A stretch of 64,000 nt of DNA from contig DASXVJ010000029.1 of the NCBI GenBank assembly GCA_036504335.1, positions 26,885 through 90,884 on the forward strand, in the 5' to 3' direction. Below, piece after piece: positions 58,501 through 64,000 of this stretch. Under the pieces are notes generated by a model, which saw only the letters and a list, made by a program, of their open reading frames with translations, made no database searches and was not told the origin of the DNA. Position 1 is the first letter of the stretch. Every line of letters begins with the position of its first letter. The translations under genes were made by a program, and so were the position numbers. The stretch is from Thermoanaerobaculia bacterium (GTDB taxonomy: Bacteria; Acidobacteriota; Thermoanaerobaculia; UBA5066).

Positions 58501-59112
58501 ATGAACACCCTTCCGCAGCTCTTCGGGACCGGGCTTGGGTTGTCCGCCGCGGCCGGGCTCAATTCCTACGCCGTCCTCCTCGTCTATGGGGCGATGGCGC
58601 GCTTCTTTCCCGAGGACTACACCGGCGCGATCGCACGCCTCCTCGCCTCGACCCCCGCGCTCAGCGTCGCGGCCGTGCTGTTCCTCCTGGAGTTCTTTGC
58701 GGACAAGATCCCGGGACTCGACCATTTCTGGCATCTGCTCCACTCGATCGTGAGGCCGCTCGTCGGTGCGCTCGTCGCGATCGCGGCGGTGCAGGCCGAG
58801 GGATCGACCGCGCTGAACATCGTGGCAGGCGGGGCCGGCGGGGGAGTCGCACTCGCGTCGCACCTCGTGAAGAGCGCGACGCGGCTCACGTCGACGGCGG
58901 TCACGTTCGGAGTCGCGAACGCAGGACTGTCCCTCGCGGAGGACGTCGTCGCGCTCCTTCAGAGTCTCGTTTCGATCTTCCTGCCGCTCGTCGCGCTCGT
59001 CGTGGTGATCGCGATCGGCCTGCTCTTCGTCCTCACGGTCCCCCGGATGGCCCGCTTCCTCGACCTGTTCGGAAGGCGCCGAACCCGGCGGGAACCCACG
59101 CCGCCGGTCTGA
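58501..59112 (+). CDS. DUF4126-like inner-membrane protein
   Basis: Multi-pass hydrophobic protein starting directly after the upstream stop. Confidence 0.4.
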   Translation: MNTLPQLFGTGLGLSAAAGLNSYAVLLVYGAMARFFPEDYTGAIARLLASTPALSVAAVLFLLEFFADKIPGLDHFWHLLHSIVRPLVGALVAIAAVQAEGSTALNIVAGGAGGGVALASHLVKSATRLTSTAVTFGVANAGLSLAEDVVALLQSLVSIFLPLVALVVVIAIGLLFVLTVPRMARFLDLFGRRRTRREPTPPV

Positions 59113-59162
59113 GCCGGTCAGGTCCGGCACGTCTCGTGCTTTTCCCGTCGGAGGAACCACCG

Positions 59163-62100
59163 ATGAAGCCCCGTCTCCCGCGCCTGACGACCGCCGCCGC
59201 AGCCGCCCTTCTCTTCCTCGGCGCCGCTTCGGCGTCCGCGGCTCGTCCCGAGGACGTCTTCCGCGACGTCGCGCCGGTTCCGGCCGAAGTCTCCCGGTCC
59301 GTGGACGTGGGGCGCCTCGACGGGGACGTCCGCTTCACGCGTGCGATTCTCGTCCTGCCCGCCCGCGACGCCGCCGGTCTCGAGCGGTTTCTCGAATCGC
59401 TTCAGGACCCGTCCTCCCCCGACTTCAGGCGATGGCTCACGCCGGAGGAATTCGGACGCCGCTTCGGCGCCCCCGAGGCCGACGTCGCGGCGCTCCGCGC
59501 CCACCTCGAGGCGCACGGTCTCGAGGTGGAGGACGTCCCCGCGGGCCGCACGGCGATCCTGTTCTCCGGGCGAGCCGCCGACGTCGAGCGCGCGTTCGCG
59601 ACCGAGCTGCGCGAGGTGATCGTCGACGGCGCCGTCCGCGTCGCGAACGTCCGGCCGGCGCGGCTGCCGGCCGGGCTCGCGCGCCGCACCGCGGGCCTCC
59701 TGTCCCTCAACTCGCTCCCGCGGCGCAAGGCGCTCGCGCACCGGGCCCCCGCGTACACGGACGGCTCGGGCCGCCACGTCCTCGCGCCCGCGGACTTCGC
59801 GACGATCTACGGGATCGACGCCCTCGCCACGGCGGGGATCGACGGCACGGGACGGAAGATCGCGGTCCTCGCGCAGACGAACGTGAATCTCGCGGACACG
59901 CGGTTCTTCCGGCAGTACTTCGGCCTTCCGGCGAACGACCCGCAGGTCGTCCTGAACGGACCCGACGCCGGGATCAACGGGGACGAGATCGAGGCAGACC
60001 TCGACATCCAGTGGGCGGGCGCCGTCGCGCCGGCCGCTCAGGTGGTCCTCGTCGTGTCGAAGACGACCCTCCCGTCCTATGGCGTCGACCTCTCCGCGCT
60101 GTACGCGGTGAACGCCAATGTCGCGGACGTCCTGAACCTGTCCTACGGGGCGTGCGAGAACGATTTCGCGGATTCCGACAAGATCTTCTACACGAACATC
60201 TGGGCGCAGGCCGCGGCGCAGGGGATGACGTCCTTCGTGGCGTCCGGCGACAGCGGCGCCGCCGGTTGCGAAGGCCAGTCCGCGACGACCGGGACGGTTC
60301 GCTCCGTGAACGGCCTCGGCTCATCGCCGTACGCGACGTGTGTCGGCGGGACGCAGTACCTCGACACCTCGGCTCCGGCCACGTACTGGAGCTCGACCAA
60401 CGACCCCGGAACGAAGAAGTCCGCCAGGGGGCCGATCCCCGAAAGCGCGTGGAACGAGAGCGGCGCCGGCTCGGGGCTCGCCGCGACCGGCGGCGGCGTG
60501 AGCGTTCTCTTCACGCGCCCGCCGTGGCAGAACGTCGCCGGAGTTCCCGCGGGAACGGGCCGTGCGGTTCCGGACATTTCCGTCGCCGGGGCGGGTCACA
60601 CGCCGTATTACATCGTGCTGGGCGGCTCGGGAAGCGCGTCGGGTCTCGCGCGCGTCTACGGCACCTCCGCGTCCGCCCCCGCGTTCGCGGGCATCGCGGC
60701 CCTCCTGTCGCAGAGGGCGGGATCGCGCCTCGGCAACCTCAACCCGCTCCTGTACGCGCTCGGCCAGGCCCAGTACGGGACGTCCGGCGCGGCGACGCCG
60801 GGAACGGGCCCGTTCCACGACGTGACGGCGGGATCGAACTCCGTCCCCGGCGTCACCGGCTATGACGCGGGTCCCGGCTACGACGCCGCGACGGGGCTCG
60901 GCTCGCCCGACGTCACCGCCCTCGCTGCGGCGATCGCGTCGCCCGCGGCGAGCCCGGACTTTTCCCTGTCCGCGGCTCCGGCGGTCGCGTCCGTCGCCGC
61001 CGGCTCCTCGCTGACGGTGACGGTGGCGCTCGCGCAGCCCGCGGTCGCCGCGGACGCCGTCGCGACACTCACGCTCGCGGGCCTGCCCTCGGGCCTTGCG
61101 GCTTCCTTCAGCCCCTCGAAGATGGACGTCGCGACCACGGGCTTCGTCTCGCGCGGCCAGAGCGCGCTCCTGACGCTCGCCGCCGCACCGTCGACGGCCG
61201 CCGGCACGTACACGCTGACGCTCTCCGCCGCGTCCGGCGCCGTCGTCCGGCGCCTCTCGCTCTTCGTCACCGTCGGGACGCAGCCGGCCGCGCCTCCGTC
61301 CGGACCGGGCGTCCAGGCGCCCGTGGTCCTCGACGTCTTCGGAGCGGGAGGGTCGCACTACACCTCGGACCTCGTCGCCGTGAATCGCGGCGCCTCCGAC
61401 GCGACGCTCCTCCTGCGGTTCGCCCAGACCCCGGCGCCTGCGACGCCCGGGCCGACGATCGCGCGCTCGCTCGGAGCGGGCCGCCAGTTCAGCGTCGGAG
61501 ACGTGATCGCGTTCCTGAGCGCGAACGGCTATTCGCTTCCGACGGACGGGTCCGCGAAGCTCGGGACGCTGTTCGCCACTTTCGTGGGCGCGTCCGACCC
61601 CCTGACGGTCTTCGTCGGCTCGCGCACGTCGACGCCCAACCCGAACCTCGCGGTCGGCGGCGCATTCGGGACGTTCTCGGCCGCCTCCGCGACCGGCGGC
61701 GCCTCGAACGCGGACGCGTGGATCTACGGCCTCAGGGAGAACGCGTCCTACCGCTCGAACCTCGCGCTCGTGCATGCGCCCGGCGCGGCGTCCGGCGCGA
61801 CGTCCGGCCCGGTCGCGCTCGAGGTCCAGATCTACGACGGCGACAGCGGGGCGCCGGTCGGCGGGCCGCTTTTCCGCACGCTGCAGCCGGGGGAATTCTC
61901 CCAGTACAACCGCGTCCTCACGCTGGCGCCCACGGGGGTCGCGAACGGCTACGCGCGCGTCCGGCTGACGTCGGGGACCGACCGCTTCATCGCGTACGGC
62001 ATCGTGAACGACGGCGCCGCGGCGGGCGGCGGCACGTCGGACGGGAGCTTCCTCCCCGCGAACGCGACGGAGGGACTGATCCCGATCGTCCTCGACCTGC

Positions 62101-62792
62101 CGGGCGCGACGCACTACACCAGCGACCTGACCCTGACGAATCCGACCGCCAGCGCGGTCACGGTGACCCTGACGTACACGGCCTCGGCGGTCTTCTCGGG
62201 CGCGGGCTCCGGCACGAAGACAGCCACGCTCGCCGCGCGGCAGCAGCTCGTCGTCCCGAACGCGATCACGTACCTTCGCGGACTGGGTCTCGCGATCCCG
62301 GCGACGGGCAACCAGGGCGGCACGCTGCTCGTCTCGGGCGCGCCGGCGCTCGCCCGCACCTCCAACCCGAACCCGGACGCGGCCGTCGGCGGAACGTTCG
62401 GGCTCGCGTATCCCGCGGTCGGCGCGTCCGCGCGGGCGAAAGGTGAGGCCTGGGTCTACGGCCTGCGGCAGGACGCCGACGCGCGCACGAACCTCGCGAT
62501 CGCGGACGCCCGGGCCGGCAACGCCGCCGGCGTGGAGTACGTCGTGGACGTCTTCGACGCGGATACGGGCGCGGCCGCGCCCGTCCTCACGAAGCGCGTC
62601 ACCCTCGCGGGAGGGCAGTGGACGCAGTTCAACACGATCCTCGTCGACGCCGGAATCGCGCACGGTTACGCGCGCGTGAAGCCGTCCTCCGGGACGTCGG
62701 ACTTCGTCGTCTACGGCGTCGTGAACGACGGCCCGACGGCGGGCTCGCGCACCTCCGACGGCTCGTACGTCCCGATGGTGGTCGTGAATTGA
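59163..62792 (+). CDS. Secreted S53-family (sedolisin/kumamolisin-like) serine peptidase with long C-terminal beta-rich extension
   Basis: Signal peptide. Pro-kumamolisin activation-domain-like N-terminus. Catalytic region (…ADLDIQWAG…, …FVASGDSG…, …GTSASAP…). ~650 aa of additional C-terminal domains. Confidence 0.7.
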   Translation: MKPRLPRLTTAAAAALLFLGAASASAARPEDVFRDVAPVPAEVSRSVDVGRLDGDVRFTRAILVLPARDAAGLERFLESLQDPSSPDFRRWLTPEEFGRRFGAPEADVAALRAHLEAHGLEVEDVPAGRTAILFSGRAADVERAFATELREVIVDGAVRVANVRPARLPAGLARRTAGLLSLNSLPRRKALAHRAPAYTDGSGRHVLAPADFATIYGIDALATAGIDGTGRKIAVLAQTNVNLADTRFFRQYFGLPANDPQVVLNGPDAGINGDEIEADLDIQWAGAVAPAAQVVLVVSKTTLPSYGVDLSALYAVNANVADVLNLSYGACENDFADSDKIFYTNIWAQAAAQGMTSFVASGDSGAAGCEGQSATTGTVRSVNGLGSSPYATCVGGTQYLDTSAPATYWSSTNDPGTKKSARGPIPESAWNESGAGSGLAATGGGVSVLFTRPPWQNVAGVPAGTGRAVPDISVAGAGHTPYYIVLGGSGSASGLARVYGTSASAPAFAGIAALLSQRAGSRLGNLNPLLYALGQAQYGTSGAATPGTGPFHDVTAGSNSVPGVTGYDAGPGYDAATGLGSPDVTALAAAIASPAASPDFSLSAAPAVASVAAGSSLTVTVALAQPAVAADAVATLTLAGLPSGLAASFSPSKMDVATTGFVSRGQSALLTLAAAPSTAAGTYTLTLSAASGAVVRRLSLFVTVGTQPAAPPSGPGVQAPVVLDVFGAGGSHYTSDLVAVNRGASDATLLLRFAQTPAPATPGPTIARSLGAGRQFSVGDVIAFLSANGYSLPTDGSAKLGTLFATFVGASDPLTVFVGSRTSTPNPNLAVGGAFGTFSAASATGGASNADAWIYGLRENASYRSNLALVHAPGAASGATSGPVALEVQIYDGDSGAPVGGPLFRTLQPGEFSQYNRVLTLAPTGVANGYARVRLTSGTDRFIAYGIVNDGAAAGGGTSDGSFLPANATEGLIPIVLDLPGATHYTSDLTLTNPTASAVTVTLTYTASAVFSGAGSGTKTATLAARQQLVVPNAITYLRGLGLAIPATGNQGGTLLVSGAPALARTSNPNPDAAVGGTFGLAYPAVGASARAKGEAWVYGLRQDADARTNLAIADARAGNAAGVEYVVDVFDADTGAAAPVLTKRVTLAGGQWTQFNTILVDAGIAHGYARVKPSSGTSDFVVYGVVNDGPTAGSRTSDGSYVPMVVVN

Positions 62793-62821
62793 AGGGCGGC
62801 TCGCGGTAGACTGCCCGCGAC

Positions 62822-63214
62822 TCGGGCCGGACAGGCGGTCGCCGCTCTTGACGCCTCGGCGGAAGGAGGGGAGGAAAGTCCGGACTCCAGCGGGCAGCGT
62901 GCCGGAGAAATCCCGGTCGGGGCAACCCGAAGGAAAGTGGCACAGAAAACATACCGCCGACGCGCCGCAAGGCGCAGGTAAGGGTGAAAAGGTGCGGTAA
63001 GAGCGCACCGCGGTTCCGGCAACGGAACTGGCAGGCGAAACCCCACGCGGAGCAAGGCCAAATAGGGTGACGGAAGGGGCGCCCGCCCTCGCGGCTCACG
63101 CCGACGTCACCGGGTCGGTCGCTCGAGCCCGTCCGGAAGGACGGGCCTAGAGGAATGACCGCCAGCCGGAAGGCGCGAGCCGACCGGCCACAGAATCCGG
63201 CTTATCGTCCGGCC
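62822..63214 (+). ncRNA. rnpB: RNase P RNA, bacterial type A
   Basis: GGAGGGGAGGAAAGTCCGGACTCC...AGGTAAGGGTGAAAAGGTGCGGTAAGAGCGCACC...GGCAAC...GGAGCAAGGCCAAATAGGG...ACAGAATCCGGCTTATCG. This matches the universally conserved P4/P10-12/P15 regions of E. coli M1 RNA almost base for base. Confidence 0.88.
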
Positions 63215-63251
63215 CGAGTCATTTCTCCTCCCAAGCTGCGAGAATTCCCCC

Positions 63252-63707
63252 GTGCCCGAGATCGTCGACGGCAACAACCTGATCGGCCGCCTCGGCGGCG
63301 GGACGCGCGAAGGGCTCGTGACGGAGCTCTGCGAGGTCGCGCGCCGCAAGCGCAAGAGGCTCACGGTCGTCTTCGACGGGCCGCCGGAAGCCGGGCGCGC
63401 GAAGGTGCAGGCCTTCGGGGACGTCCAGGTCGTCTACGCGGCGCCGCGGTCGGCCGACGAGGAGATCATCCGCCGCATCCGCGAGGCGCGTGACCCTCGG
63501 GGCGTCACGGTCGTGACGGACGACCGCGCCCTAGCGTCGGCCGTCGCCGCGGCCGGTGCGCGCACGGCAGGCATCGAGATCTTCCAGCGCGACGCCTCCG
63601 CCCGGATGAGCGCCCTTCCGCCCGCCGGGACCGGGAAACCCGCCGCCACGGGCAACCCGAAGGACTGGGAACGCTGGTTCTCGGATCCGAAGAACCGGAT
63701 CGAGTGA
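63252..63707 (+). CDS. NYN/PIN-like domain protein (YacP/Rae1 family)
   Basis: VPEIVDGNNLIG...LTVVFDG...VVYA...ADEEII...VTVVTDD. Confidence 0.55.
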   Translation: MPEIVDGNNLIGRLGGGTREGLVTELCEVARRKRKRLTVVFDGPPEAGRAKVQAFGDVQVVYAAPRSADEEIIRRIREARDPRGVTVVTDDRALASAVAAAGARTAGIEIFQRDASARMSALPPAGTGKPAATGNPKDWERWFSDPKNRIE

Positions 63708-64000
63708 TGGCGGACCTCGCGAGGCTGCCGCGTCTCGTCCCCGGCGACACGGTCGGCGTCGCGGCGCTGTCGGGACCTCCCGATCCGGACGCCCTCGCTC
63801 GCGGCGTCCGGGCGCTCGAGGGCTTCGGCTACCGCGTCCAGCTCGCCCCGAACGTTCTCGCCAGAGAGCCTCTCCTCGGTCTCGCGGGCGCCGCCGAAGA
63901 GCGCGCGGCGGGCTACCGGGCTCTCCTCGTCGACCCGGGCGTCAAGGCGATCGTCTTCGCCCGCGGCGGGTACGGCGTCGCGTCCACGCTCTCGTACTTC
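63706..64000 (+). CDS. ldcA: LD-carboxypeptidase (peptidase S66, muramoyltetrapeptide carboxypeptidase), N-terminal fragment
   Basis: LVPGDTVGVAALSGPPDPDAL...ARGGYGV. Runs off the window end. Confidence 0.55.

Overview
High-GC (~70%) bacterial chromosomal window with extreme GC3 codon bias, most likely Acidobacteria-like. It is densely packed with housekeeping genes. Identified genes: ubiE (partial), OsmC, LigD (PE+Pol only), acs, a porin, an MHS-type MFS transporter, nhaA, bactofilin, two aldehyde dehydrogenases, an aminotransferase, rluD-lgt-lspA-ileS, MTAP, a PfkB kinase, ribH-nusB, a transglutaminase-like protein, an orphan receiver plus a HEAT/CheR fusion, leuS-lptE, rpsT, a complete tolQ-tolR-tolA-tolB-pal-cpoB cluster, an S55-like peptidase/propeller/peptide-ABC (SBP + 2 permeases, no ATPase) group, coaD, pabB-pabC, a reductase/ALDH pair, uvrC, two DUF4388 proteins, a giant S53 peptidase, RNase P RNA (rnpB), a NYN-domain protein and ldcA (partial). 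No tRNA, rRNA, CRISPR array or classical transposon was found. The most striking signal is a dispersed family of at least 22 short AT/purine-rich elements. Each has a variable (GAAGAG)n-like polypurine tract followed by a conserved core close to GAAGATTTTCTTAGAAGGTGAAGAGGG. They occur in both orientations, at terminator hairpins in intergenic DNA, and embedded IN-FRAME in many unrelated genes. Inside genes they form local low-GC3 codon patches, poly-Ser / Glu-Lys inserts and even signal-peptide cores. A 12-mer such as TTTCTTAGAAGG is essentially unexpected by chance at this base composition. I regard this as a previously undescribed miniature repeat family, functionally reminiscent of Rickettsia RPEs. 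Gene starts were refined by hand. Several genes are linked by 4-nt start/stop overlaps (GTGA/ATGA/TTGA).
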